Part shown: positions 47,721-56,453 of the stretch, piece after piece
Layout: every line of letters starts with the position of its first letter
Position numbering within the stretch: the first letter of the stretch is position 1
DNA from: an uncultured bacterium
GTDB taxonomy: Bacteria; Patescibacteriota; Minisyncoccia; Moranbacterales; GWC2-37-73
Length of the DNA stretch: 64,000 nt
Reading direction: 5' to 3'
NCBI GenBank assembly: GCA_903851135.1
Contig: CAINNK010000008.1
Location: 13,136-77,135 of the forward strand
Notes under the pieces: generated by a model
The model's database searches: none
Told to the model about the DNA's origin: nothing
What the model saw: only the letters and a program-made list of their open reading frames with translations
Position numbers and translations under genes: made by a program

Positions 47721-47777
47721 GGGTAAGTAAAAACCTACAAGAGCAGATTTTTACTTGTAGGTTTTATTTTGTAGTTT

Positions 47778-48146
47778 CTATTGTCTGGGAAGAGCAAGTG
47801 CTTTCTCTTTGTCCCAAAGTGGAGCAAAAGAAGACATGATAGATAAGCCCCTTGCGGCCTCCTTATCTTTCGGATATAAAGCGTCGAGCACGATTTGAAA
47901 AGCATCAGGATCTTCACAGGGCGTGCATATTCCAGGACTGAAACTCTCTTTATCCAAGTGGATGTCGTTTATTTTAAAGGTTCTATGAACGCCTAAGGCG
48001 TTCATTATCACAACTGCTGTCGCTGCAACTTTTTTGGCGCCTGCATCGTTTTCTGCAGGAAGAAAGCAATGTCCACAGGAACTTTCACCCTTGCTGAGAT
48101 TTTCTCCCGCCCCAAGCTTGTTAAAGCAAAACTTGTAATCAGGCAT
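47778..48146 (-). CDS. Hypothetical Cys-rich protein with two CxxC motifs (SCGHC, CTPC)
   Basis: Strong SD AAGGAGG 6 nt upstream of the ATG. 122 aa. No family assigned. Confidence 0.55.
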   Translation of the reverse strand: MPDYKFCFNKLGAGENLSKGESSCGHCFLPAENDAGAKKVAATAVVIMNALGVHRTFKINDIHLDKESFSPGICTPCEDPDAFQIVLDALYPKDKEAARGLSIMSSFAPLWDKEKALALPRQ

Positions 48147-48170
48147 GGTGCCCTCCTTTTTTTGGGATTA

Positions 48171-48428
48171 TTAGGTAATTTCTGGTTGAAGTTGATTTTC
48201 AGTGAGAAAATTTTCAAACTTTCTTTCAATCCTCTCAAGTGCCAAACGAAACTCCTCGGTAATCATTTCTTCGAGTGCGCTTACTTGGTCTTCTGACAAA
48301 ACTATGCGTTTAGTCTTTTTATTTTTCTTAAACCAAGCACTGTTCGCACGATGAAGTACTTTTATTTCTAATTTATGAGTAGGCGTTTCGATAGAAGTCA
48401 GCGTGCTAGTATTCCCGTTGGTAGTCAT
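48171..48428 (-). CDS. Small protein (85 aa), possible ribbon-helix-helix-type regulator
   Basis: SD AGGAG 7 nt upstream of the ATG. KRIVLSEDQVSALEEMITEEFRLALERIER resembles RHH/CopG-like segments. Weak assignment. First gene of a two-gene minus-strand operon. Confidence 0.45.
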   Translation of the reverse strand: MTTNGNTSTLTSIETPTHKLEIKVLHRANSAWFKKNKKTKRIVLSEDQVSALEEMITEEFRLALERIERKFENFLTENQLQPEIT

Positions 48429-48522
48429 TGTATACTCCTGATTCAGGGTTAGTTTTTTCTTTTCTAAAATTTTTAAAAAACAAAAAATCCATGAGAGGAT
48501 TTTTGATCTTTTGGTTTTTGGG

Positions 48523-48597
48523 GTGGGCGTGCCTAGATTCGAACTGGGGACCTCGTCATTATCAGTGACGCGCTCTAACCAACTGAGCTACACGCCC
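48523..48597 (-). tRNA. tRNA-Ile (anticodon GAU)
   Basis: Minus-strand sequence GGGCGTGTAGCTCAGTTGGTTAGAGCGCGTCACTGATAATGACGAGGTCCCCAGTTCGAATCTAGGCACGCCCA gives a cloverleaf with a 7-bp acceptor stem and anticodon loop CUGAUAA. One C-A mismatch in the T-stem. Confidence 0.8.
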
Positions 48598-48726
48598 GTA
48601 TGTGGACCGGACAGGACATTTTACGTCGCTTTCGTTCCTTGGAAACCCATGGTTTCCAAAACCTTCCTCCAACGGAAAACTCCCGTTTTCCGACCCTTTC
48701 CCGTTCAAGTTGAAAAAAGAGTTTTG

Positions 48727-48799
48727 TGGACCGGACAGGACTTGAACCCGCTACCTCCTCAGTGCAAATGAGGCGCTCTACCAGGTGAGCTACCGGCCC
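48727..48799 (-). tRNA. tRNA-Ala (anticodon UGC)
   Basis: GGGCCGGTAGCTCACCTGGTAGAGCGCCTCATTTGCACTGAGGAGGTAGCGGGTTCAAGTCCTGTCCGGTCCA. Canonical cloverleaf, G3:U70-type Ala acceptor, anticodon loop UUUGCAC. Confidence 0.9.
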
Positions 48800-48804
48800 A
48801 TATA

Positions 48805-48895
48805 TATAATGGGGACTTATGAACCAGCACCTCCTCAGTGTAAGAGATTGAGAGAAAGCGAGCAATCTCCGCTCTCAGGTGAGCTACCGGCCCAT
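48805..48895 (-). other. Degenerate tRNA-Ala-like fragment (5' half and T-loop remnants, extra about 30 nt in the anticodon region, no acceptor 3' strand)
   Basis: Shares GGGCCGGTAGCTCACCTG, CACTGAGGAGGT and GGTTCA-AAGTCC blocks with the adjacent tRNA-Ala but cannot fold into a complete tRNA. Confidence 0.4.
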
Positions 48896-49045
48896 ATTTT
48901 GCTTTTTAAAGCATAAAATTAACAACTAGATTTCATTATACAGAAAAGAAAATATTTGTCCATAGCTGTTGTTGACAGAAAACCCGAGATAGTGTACATT
49001 AGATATATAAGAAAGCCCCAAGGGCTTTTTAAAAAACCCAAAAAT

Positions 49046-49231
49046 ATGAATAAGGCTGTACAATTTTTTCAGGAAGCAAAAGTTGAACTTATCAAGGTGA
49101 ATTGGCCGACCAAAAAGCAGACTATTAACTACACCGCTTTGGTGGTTGCAGTCAGCATTGCAGTTGCTCTTTTCCTTGGTGGACTCGACTCTGTTTTTAG
49201 TTATATTTTGAAGACATATATTATTAAGTAA
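49046..49231 (+). CDS. secE: Preprotein translocase subunit SecE
   Basis: 61-aa protein MNKAVQFFQEAKVELIKVNWPTKKQTINYTALVVAVSIAVALFLGGLD with a single C-terminal TM helix. Immediately upstream of nusG. Confidence 0.8.
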   Translation: MNKAVQFFQEAKVELIKVNWPTKKQTINYTALVVAVSIAVALFLGGLDSVFSYILKTYIIK

Positions 49232-49334
49232 CATACAGATAAACACTGATGAAAAACTGATCAGCGCAGATCACGGATAATCTGTGATTAGTGAAAATCC
49301 GTTATTCATCCGTGAGAATCAGTAATTAACAAAA

Positions 49335-49880
49335 ATGGCGAAGCAGACACAACATCATGGATTAGCCTGGTATGTGATCCACACATATTCGGGATACGAA
49401 GACAATGTGGCGCGAAATCTCAAACAGCGCATCGAATCAATGGATATGCAAGACTTGATTTTTGATGTGATGGTTCCAACAGAAAACAAGATTAAGATTA
49501 AAAACGGAAAGCGAACAGTGGTGGAGGAGAGAATCTATCCTGGCTATGTGTTGGTGCAGATGATGGTGACTGATGCTTCATGGTATGTGGTTCGCAACAC
49601 GCCGAATGTGACTGGCTTTATCGGCCTTGGCACAACGCCAACCCCAGTTGATCCTCGCGAAATTGAAATGCTCAAAAAGCGTATGGGTGTCTCTGAACCG
49701 AAATACAAAATGGATATCAAAGCCGGAGATGCAATCAAAATCAATGACGGACCATTCAAGGATTTTGATGGCAAGGTTCAAGAGTTTGATGAAGAAAAAG
49801 GAAAAGTTAAGGTGTTGGTTTCAATGTTTGGACGCGAAACTCCAGTAGAATTGGACTTTTTGCAAATTAAGAAAATCTAA
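49335..49880 (+). CDS. nusG: Transcription termination/antitermination factor NusG
   Basis: NGN domain WYVIHTYSGYEDNVARNLKQRIE and C-terminal KOW (GDAIKINDGPFKDFDGKVQEFD). Confidence 0.9.
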   Translation: MAKQTQHHGLAWYVIHTYSGYEDNVARNLKQRIESMDMQDLIFDVMVPTENKIKIKNGKRTVVEERIYPGYVLVQMMVTDASWYVVRNTPNVTGFIGLGTTPTPVDPREIEMLKKRMGVSEPKYKMDIKAGDAIKINDGPFKDFDGKVQEFDEEKGKVKVLVSMFGRETPVELDFLQIKKI

Positions 49881-49956
49881 AGTAAAAACTTTTAATTTTC
49901 CTGTGTCTTTGACAGCTTCTCTGGAAGATTAAAATTTAGGAGAAATTTTATAGATA

Positions 49957-50031
49957 TTGTTATATTGCTAAATTGTTATATTGCTAAAATGCATGATTAA
50001 CAATATAGCAATATGGCAATATAACAATTTA
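49957..50031. promoter_or_regulatory. Palindromic TTGTTATATTGCTAAA module (tandem and inverted copies) forming the rplK upstream region; near-identical copy upstream of the gene at 52099
   Basis: ttgttatattgctaaattgttatattgctaaaatgcatgattaacaatatagcaatatggcaatataacaatttaaatttATGG. The 52018-52098 copy ends caatttaaattATGG. Single arms lie at 19527-19563 and 28047-28075. Confidence 0.5.
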
Positions 50032-50036
50032 AATTT

Positions 50037-50462
50037 ATGGCAAAGAAAATCAAGACAGTTATCAAGCTCCAAATTGTTGGAGGCAAGGCAAATCCAGCGC
50101 CGCCAGTCGGACCGGTTTTGGGACAGCATGGTGTGGCAATTCAGGAATTTTGTATGCGCTTTAATGATGCAACCAAAGATAAGATGGGAGAGGTTGTGCC
50201 AGTTGAAATCACAATCTTTGAAGACCGAACTTTTGATTTCATCATGAAGACTGCTCCAGCTGCAGAACTTTTGAAAAAAGCTGCTGGTGCTGCCAAAGGT
50301 GCAGCTAATCCGCTTAAGGAAAAAGTTGGTACAGTGACCAAGGCTCAGCTCGAAGAAATTGCCAAGGCTAAAATGGTTGATTTGAATGCTAATGACGTAG
50401 AAGGTGCAATGCAAATCGTAGCAGGTTCAGCCAGATCAATGGGAATTAAGATAGAAGGATAA
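50037..50462 (+). CDS. rplK: 50S ribosomal protein L11
   Basis: [38 protein letters not shown] is the canonical L11 N-terminus. 141 aa. Confidence 0.95.
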   Translation: MAKKIKTVIKLQIVGGKANPAPPVGPVLGQHGVAIQEFCMRFNDATKDKMGEVVPVEITIFEDRTFDFIMKTAPAAELLKKAAGAAKGAANPLKEKVGTVTKAQLEEIAKAKMVDLNANDVEGAMQIVAGSARSMGIKIEG

Positions 50463-50625
50463 CTAATCAATGCGGATTGATAACGGATTAGCACAGATCG
50501 CAGATTAGAATAAAAAATTCGTGATTAGTGAAAATCCGTAATTAATTAGTGTAAATCAGTTTTATTTAAATATGTGGGAGGACTGAGCAACTATTGCGTA
50601 GTCTGTTATTACCACAACAAACGTT

Positions 50626-51303
50626 ATGAAACACGGAAAAAAGTATCGCGCAGTGGTTGAGACCATGGACTTGAAAAAAGTTTATGCTATCGAAGAGGCA
50701 CTCAAGCTTGTGCACGCTGGCAAAGTTGCAAAATTTGATGAATCTGTTGAGGTGCATGTGAAACTTAATATTGACCCAAAAAAAGGTGATGAACAGGTTC
50801 GCGCAGCAGTTGTACTGCCGCATGGAACTGGAAAAACTTTGAAAATTGCGGTGGTGACTTCTACCAAGACCAAAGATGCTCAGGAAGCTGGGGCTGATTT
50901 GGTTGGGGGAGAAGAATTGATTGAAAAAATCAAAATTGGCAAAGCTGAAGCCTTTGATGTTTTGTTAGCGACACCTGAAATGATGCCAAAATTGGCAGCT
51001 GTGGCTAAAATCCTTGGACCCCGTGGGCTTATGCCAAGTCCAAAGACTGAAACTGTGACTGACAAAATCAAAGAAGCGGTGGAAATGCTGAAAAAAGGAA
51101 AAGCATCATTCAAAAATGACAACACCGGAAATGTGCATCAAGTGATTGGAAAACTTTCTTTCGATGAAATTAAATTGAAAGAAAATTACGAAGCTTTTAT
51201 TGATGCTATTGCTAAAGCGCGACCAACTGGAGTGAAAGGAAAATATCTGATTTCAATCTCAATTTGTTCAACTATGGGACCGGGACTGAAAATTAGCTTA
51301 TAG
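50626..51303 (+). CDS. rplA: 50S ribosomal protein L1
   Basis: MKHGKKYRAVVE...FDESVEVHVKLNIDPKKGDEQVRAAVVLPHGTGK canonical L1. 225 aa. Confidence 0.95.
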   Translation: MKHGKKYRAVVETMDLKKVYAIEEALKLVHAGKVAKFDESVEVHVKLNIDPKKGDEQVRAAVVLPHGTGKTLKIAVVTSTKTKDAQEAGADLVGGEELIEKIKIGKAEAFDVLLATPEMMPKLAAVAKILGPRGLMPSPKTETVTDKIKEAVEMLKKGKASFKNDNTGNVHQVIGKLSFDEIKLKENYEAFIDAIAKARPTGVKGKYLISISICSTMGPGLKISL

Positions 51304-51344
51304 CTTCATTAGCTTTTAGCTTTTAGGGAAATGCAAATACTTAA

Positions 51345-51372
51345 AAAAGGCACCTGCGGGTGCCTTTTTTTG
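51345..51372 (+). terminator. Rho-independent terminator
   Basis: aggcacc-tgcg-ggtgcct hairpin followed by TTTTTTT, 40 nt after the rplA stop. Confidence 0.85.
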
Positions 51373-51455
51373 TGGTGTAGTATACTCTTTACGAGAGCCA
51401 ATTTAATGTATACAATAAAGAAACAGAGGTTAAATTTTAATGCCATATTCATTAT

Positions 51456-51950
51456 ATGACAGAGGAAAAAAAATACGTGCGGCCGTCCTGGGATCAATAC
51501 TTTTTGGATATTATTAAAGTTATTGGTGAACGTGGTTCTTGCGACCGGGGTAGGTCTGGTTGCGTGATTGCCAAAGAAAAAAGAATTCTTTCAACTGGTT
51601 ATGTTGGTTCTCCAATTGGTACGGCTCATTGCGATGAAGTTGGTCACGAAATGCACACAGTTAAACATGAGGATGGACATGAGAGTCGCCATTGCATTCG
51701 TACGGCGCATGCTGAACAAAATGCCATCGTAGCCGCCGCTCGTTTTGGAGTGGCCCTGGAAGGTTCAACGCTTTATTGCCATATGACGCCATGTTACGCT
51801 TGCGCAAAAATGATTATTAACGCCGGCATTAAAAAGGTTGTTTGTCAGTTTGATTATCATGCCGGTGAGCGTAGTAAAGAAATTTTCAAAGAAGCAAGAG
51901 TAGCATATGAATTGGTGCAAGACCAAATGCAGAAATATGCAGATATGTAG
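51456..51950 (+). CDS. dCMP deaminase (ComEB/CMP-dCMP deaminase zinc-binding family)
   Basis: HAEQNAI...(zinc His/Glu) and TPCYACAKMIINAGIKKV (PCxxC) motifs. 164 aa. Confidence 0.85.
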   Translation: MTEEKKYVRPSWDQYFLDIIKVIGERGSCDRGRSGCVIAKEKRILSTGYVGSPIGTAHCDEVGHEMHTVKHEDGHESRHCIRTAHAEQNAIVAAARFGVALEGSTLYCHMTPCYACAKMIINAGIKKVVCQFDYHAGERSKEIFKEARVAYELVQDQMQKYADM

Positions 51951-52098
51951 GTTTAGAGTTTCCTTGTTTACTTGTAATTTCTCTAGAAAATTAAAATTTA
52001 AGTAGAACTTTTATAGAAATTGTTATATTGCTAAATTGTTATATTGCTAGAATGCATTATTAACAATATGACAATATAACAATGTAGCAATTTAAATT

Positions 52099-52650
52099 AT
52101 GGCGAAACTAATTTTGGGTGTGACAGGGGAAATGGGCTCTGGAAAAGGAACTGTGGCAAAACATGTGATTGCTGAGCGGGGTGGCAGCGCGCATCGGTTT
52201 TCTACAATTTTAAGGGACGTTTTGGATCGCTTGTATTTGGATCAATCACGCGACAATATTCAAGTTCTTTCGATGATTTTGAGAAAAAATTTCGGGGAAG
52301 ATATTATGGCTAAAGGCATGTATCATGATGTTCAAAATGACGAGCATGATATTGTGATTGTCGATGGTGTGCGTAGAATGGCTGATATTATGTATTTGCG
52401 CGAACTGCCTCATTTTAAGTTGGTTTATGTTGAAGCTGAAATGCAAAATAGGTATGAAAGAATTTTGAAGAGAGGTGAAAACACTGATGATGCAAACAAA
52501 ACCTTTGAGCAGTTTAAAGCTGAACATGAGGCTGATTCAGAATTGCAGATTCGTGATTTGAAAAACTATGCCAATTATGTGATGAATAACGATGGCACTT
52601 ATGTTGATTTGTACAAACAATTAGACGAGATAATCACTCAGAATCTTTAA
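52099..52650 (+). CDS. P-loop NTPase, putative (deoxy)nucleotide kinase
   Basis: Walker A LGVTGEMGSGKGT at the N-terminus. Size 183 aa. Embedded in the thymidylate-metabolism cluster. Family not resolved (CoaE/dNMP-kinase-like). Confidence 0.5.
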   Translation: MAKLILGVTGEMGSGKGTVAKHVIAERGGSAHRFSTILRDVLDRLYLDQSRDNIQVLSMILRKNFGEDIMAKGMYHDVQNDEHDIVIVDGVRRMADIMYLRELPHFKLVYVEAEMQNRYERILKRGENTDDANKTFEQFKAEHEADSELQIRDLKNYANYVMNNDGTYVDLYKQLDEIITQNL

Positions 52651-52688
52651 TAATTGCAATTTTAATATTAATTTAATATTTTATCTTT

Positions 52689-53600
52689 ATGAAACAATAT
52701 CTTGATTTATTGCAACACATTATGGATAATGGTGTTCAGAAAGATGATCGTACCGGCGTAGGAACAAAAAGTGTTTTTGGTTATCAGATGAGATTTGACC
52801 TACAAAAAGGATTTCCATTGCTGACAACTAAAAAAGTTTTTCTCAAAGGAATTATCCATGAACTGATCTGGTTTCTGAAGGGTGATTCGAATATTAAATA
52901 CTTGGTTGATAATGATGTGCATATTTGGAATGATTGGCCATTTCAAAAATATCTTGAAGAAAATGGATTAGCTGAGGAGTTCCCAAAATATTCCGAGCAA
53001 TGGCATGGGAAAATGAAGGAATATATTGAAAATATAAAGACTGATGATGAATTTGCAAAAAAATGGGGAGATCTTGGTCCTGTTTATGGTGTCCAATGGC
53101 GAAAATGGAAGACTATTGATGGCAGAGAAATTGATCAAATTTCTCAAATTATTGATACCATAAAAAACAATCCTGATTCAAGAAGAATTATTTTGTCTGC
53201 TTGGAATGTTGGAGAAATTGAGAAAATGGCTATTCCTCCCTGTCATTTACTTTTTCAATTTAATGTTGCTAATGGAAAACTTTCTTGTCAGCTTTATCAG
53301 AGAAGTGCCGATACTCTCTTGGGTGTGCCGTTTAATATAGCGTCATACGCGCTTTTGACCATGATGATTGCTCAGGCTTGCGGTCTTGAGGCTGGGGAGT
53401 TTGTGCATACCTTGGGAGATACGCATATTTATAATTTTCATTTTGAACAAGTCGCTGAGCAGCTCTCTCGCACTCCAAGACAGCTCCCGATAATGAAAAT
53501 AAATTCCCAGGTGAAAAATATTTTTGATTTCAAATATGAAGATTTTACTTTAGAGAATTATAATCCGTATCCAGCCATCAAGGCACCAATTGCAGTGTAA
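52689..53600 (+). CDS. thyA: Thymidylate synthase (long ThyA form, about 303 aa)
   Basis: N-terminus [38 protein letters not shown]. Catalytic PPCH ([11 protein letters not shown]). Motifs [11 protein letters not shown] and Q...[19 protein letters not shown]. Confidence 0.95.
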   Translation: MKQYLDLLQHIMDNGVQKDDRTGVGTKSVFGYQMRFDLQKGFPLLTTKKVFLKGIIHELIWFLKGDSNIKYLVDNDVHIWNDWPFQKYLEENGLAEEFPKYSEQWHGKMKEYIENIKTDDEFAKKWGDLGPVYGVQWRKWKTIDGREIDQISQIIDTIKNNPDSRRIILSAWNVGEIEKMAIPPCHLLFQFNVANGKLSCQLYQRSADTLLGVPFNIASYALLTMMIAQACGLEAGEFVHTLGDTHIYNFHFEQVAEQLSRTPRQLPIMKINSQVKNIFDFKYEDFTLENYNPYPAIKAPIAV

Positions 53601-54087
53601 AATGAATAATCCAAAAATTAGTCTCATTTGTGCCATAGCAGAAAATAGGGCGATTGGAAAAAACAATCAGCTGCTTTGGCATATCCCAGAAGATTTCAAA
53701 TATTTTAAGGAAAAAACCATTGGTCATGTAATTATAATGGGACAAAAAACTTATGAATCAATTGGTAAACCTTTGCCAAATCGGACAACTGTTGTTTTGT
53801 CTAATGATCAAAATTTTAATGAGGATGGAGTTGTTCTGGCGAGAACATTTGAGGAAGTTTTTCAGAAAGCTCGTGAACTCGAAAAGGATGAAGTGTTTAT
53901 TTGTGGGGGTGGTAGCGTGTATGCGCAGACGATTGACCTGGCCGACAAGCTATATTTGACCGTGGTTGAGGGGAATTTCGAGGCTGATGTTTTCTTTCCT
54001 GAATATGAAGAATTTACAAAGATTGTTTCGCAGAGAAAAAGTAGCGATGAAAATTTTAAATATACTTTTTTGGAATTGGAGAAATAG
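53590..54087 (+). CDS. folA: Dihydrofolate reductase
   Basis: [50 protein letters not shown]. Overlaps the thyA end by 11 nt. Confidence 0.9.
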   Translation: MQCKMNNPKISLICAIAENRAIGKNNQLLWHIPEDFKYFKEKTIGHVIIMGQKTYESIGKPLPNRTTVVLSNDQNFNEDGVVLARTFEEVFQKARELEKDEVFICGGGSVYAQTIDLADKLYLTVVEGNFEADVFFPEYEEFTKIVSQRKSSDENFKYTFLELEK

Positions 54088-54089
54088 TT

Positions 54090-54455
54090 ATGAAAAAAAT
54101 CTACGTTATTCATGGCACGAATTTTGATTTTGAGAGAGAATTGTATGCTCCACTGAAAAAGATTGTTGAATTTGAATTTATTTTTCCGCATGTTGGAGAA
54201 AATGAAGTAATTGATTCGAAAGAGTTGATAAAGAATGCCAATCTTGTTTTGGCGGAAGTCAGCTATCCCAGCACGGGGTCTGGCATAGAACTTGGCAGGG
54301 CAGAGTGTGTCAGTGTCCCAATTGTGGCAATCTTCAAAAAAGGCAGCAATGTTTCATCTTCGATAAAATTTTTAACGAATGATATTATTGAGTATAAAAA
54401 TCTCAGTGACGATTTAGAAATAATTAAAGAATGCATAATTGAGAAGATGAAATAA
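54090..54455 (+). CDS. Nucleoside 2-deoxyribosyltransferase-like / dNMP N-glycosidase-like protein
   Basis: EVSYPSTGSGIELGRAE resembles the D/E-x-S-x-G-T-x-F-E-x-G-Y-A catalytic region of the NDT/Rcl family. 121 aa. Start 3 nt after the folA stop. Confidence 0.5.
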   Translation: MKKIYVIHGTNFDFERELYAPLKKIVEFEFIFPHVGENEVIDSKELIKNANLVLAEVSYPSTGSGIELGRAECVSVPIVAIFKKGSNVSSSIKFLTNDIIEYKNLSDDLEIIKECIIEKMK

Positions 54456-54456
54456 T

Positions 54457-55053
54457 ATGTCAAAGGGAAAATTTATTGCTATTTATGGGATCAACGGAAT
54501 TGGGAAAACAACCCAGGTTGATTTGCTAGTGGAATATCTAAAAGGCAAAGGCAAAAATGCTTCGCGGTTAAAGTATCCGGTCTATGATTTGGAGCCAGAA
54601 GGTCCTTTTATCTATAAATATTTACGAGACCCGCAGTTTCGGAGTAAAAATGAACTTTCCACTCATAAGCTGCAAAAAAAATATGCAGAAAACAGAAGGC
54701 GATATGAACCAACTTTGAGAGAAAGGTTAGCGAAGGGTGAGTGGATTGTGGCTGAGGATTATAAGGGAACAGGAATTTCGTGGGGATTGACTTGGGGTGG
54801 AGAACTTGATTATTTGGAAGATATTAATGAAGATTTGCTCAAGCCTGATTTGGAAATTTTGATGCACGGCAGTCGATTCTTATCGGCCATTGAAAAAGAT
54901 CATCGTAATGAAATGGATGGCGAGCGCATTACAATTTGCAAAAACTTTCATGAATTATTGGCTGATCGTTATAGTTGGATAAAAATTGACGCAAATCAAA
55001 AAATCGAGAAAGTTGAAACTGATATTGTTGAGAAAATTTCTGTTTTGATGTAA
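54457..55053 (+). CDS. Thymidylate kinase-like P-loop kinase
   Basis: GKFIAIYGINGIGKTTQVDLLVEYLKGKG parallels the Tmk N-terminus (GxFIxxEGxxGxGKxTQ). 198 aa. Start overlaps the preceding stop. Confidence 0.65.
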   Translation: MSKGKFIAIYGINGIGKTTQVDLLVEYLKGKGKNASRLKYPVYDLEPEGPFIYKYLRDPQFRSKNELSTHKLQKKYAENRRRYEPTLRERLAKGEWIVAEDYKGTGISWGLTWGGELDYLEDINEDLLKPDLEILMHGSRFLSAIEKDHRNEMDGERITICKNFHELLADRYSWIKIDANQKIEKVETDIVEKISVLM

Positions 55054-55084
55054 TGGTTTCTTTATCTATTAAGAATTAAAAATT

Positions 55085-55906
55085 ATGAGTTCAAGTTCGC
55101 TTTTATATTTGAATAAAAAAACAATCGCTAGTAATGAAATTAAAAATGACGTTGATTTTTTGCTGGACTTGCTTTATCAAGAAGGGTCAAAAAGAAAACG
55201 TTGGGAAATATATTTGAGTGAAAATGACGCTAACTTCGAAGATGAAAATGTCCACTCGCATTCCTTGTTGCTGGAATATTTGGCTTATCGGGAGGCAATG
55301 ATTGAGGGACTAAATGAAGAAAAGGCTCTTTTGCTGATGTGGACAGCTCGTTTTCACAAGCTTGGAGAAATCGAAAATGGCGATATTTTGTATAATTTAA
55401 AAAAGGAAAATGACAGACTTGAAAAATCAAGTTATGCCAGGAAACATATTTACAGTAAGCTTCGGAGTGATTATGCTAAAAACATGCTTGAGAAAGTGTT
55501 AACCATATCATTGGATAGGAGAAATCTGACTGATGAAGAATTTGATTTTGTGAGTTTTTTTGATTCCTTGAAGGGCCGAGGGCATATCAATACGGCGCTT
55601 AAAATGATTGAAAAAAAATCAATCTCACAATGGGAAGTGTTGGCAGCTAATGTGCTTTTCAATCAACTTGTTCCACTTGTTGAGCATGGAAAAAAATATC
55701 GCAGCGTGCGAGTTTATTTGCAAAAAAATGCCAAAAAAATATCCCATGCTTTGGAAAATCACCTAACTCAAGAGCAGCTTATTCGAGGTTTTGAAAAAAT
55801 TTATGGACAGAATAATTTCGAAGAAAAGAAAAAGTTTTTGGATATTTCTCCGGAAAAAGTGGCGCAAATAAAGAGTGTCTGGCTAACTTTTGTAGATGAA
55901 AATTAA
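55085..55906 (+). CDS. Hypothetical protein, possibly divergent YfbR-like HD-domain (5'-deoxynucleotidase) family with HD->HK
   Basis: RKRW...ENVHSHSLLLEYLA and ARFHKLGEIENGDI resemble the YfbR motifs (RW...ESVAEHS; HDLGEA.TGD) but the HD Asp is Lys. Weak. Confidence 0.35.
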   Translation: MSSSSLLYLNKKTIASNEIKNDVDFLLDLLYQEGSKRKRWEIYLSENDANFEDENVHSHSLLLEYLAYREAMIEGLNEEKALLLMWTARFHKLGEIENGDILYNLKKENDRLEKSSYARKHIYSKLRSDYAKNMLEKVLTISLDRRNLTDEEFDFVSFFDSLKGRGHINTALKMIEKKSISQWEVLAANVLFNQLVPLVEHGKKYRSVRVYLQKNAKKISHALENHLTQEQLIRGFEKIYGQNNFEEKKKFLDISPEKVAQIKSVWLTFVDEN

Positions 55907-55925
55907 AAATATTTTTTAAAAAATA

Positions 55926-56351
55926 ATGAAAATTCAAATCAAGAAAATTCATCCAGATGCAAAAATCCCACACTTTTCTTTGGAGGGTGATGTGGGCATG
56001 GATTTGTATTCAGTGCAGGATATTGTCATGAAAGCTGGTGAAAGAATTTCTTGTAAAACTGGAATTGCGATTAAAATTCCAAGAGGTTATGCGGGTTTAA
56101 TTTGGGACAAAAGTGGACCTTCGCACAAATTTGGCATAAAAACATTAGGAGGTGTTATGGATAGTAATTATGTCGGAGAATATTTGATAGGCCTGGTAAA
56201 TCTAGGGCAAGAAGATTTCATGATTGAAAAAGGTCAGAAGATTGCACAGGTTATTTTTCAAAAAATTGAAATTCCGGAAATTGAGGAAGTGGATGAGTTG
56301 GAAGAAACAAACCGAGGTGACGGAGGTTTCGGAAGTACGGGCTTAAACTAA
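55926..56351 (+). CDS. dut: dUTP diphosphatase
   Basis: Motifs GDVGMDLYS, RSG-like IKIPRGYAGLIWDKSG and GVMDSNYVGE. 141 aa. Confidence 0.9.
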   Translation: MKIQIKKIHPDAKIPHFSLEGDVGMDLYSVQDIVMKAGERISCKTGIAIKIPRGYAGLIWDKSGPSHKFGIKTLGGVMDSNYVGEYLIGLVNLGQEDFMIEKGQKIAQVIFQKIEIPEIEEVDELEETNRGDGGFGSTGLN

Positions 56352-56453
56352 AAGAGTTGCTACTCTTTTGCTATCGTCGCTCGCTCGGAAATGAAAGAGC
56401 ACTTTCATTTCTCTCGCTTCGCTAGATAATAAATTTTTATTTTTTAATATACT

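Noticed and set aside
48575-48865. 96-aa minus-strand ORF
   Set aside because: It entirely overlaps the two tRNA genes and the inter-tRNA hairpins. It is a typical spurious ORF through GC-rich tRNA sequence.
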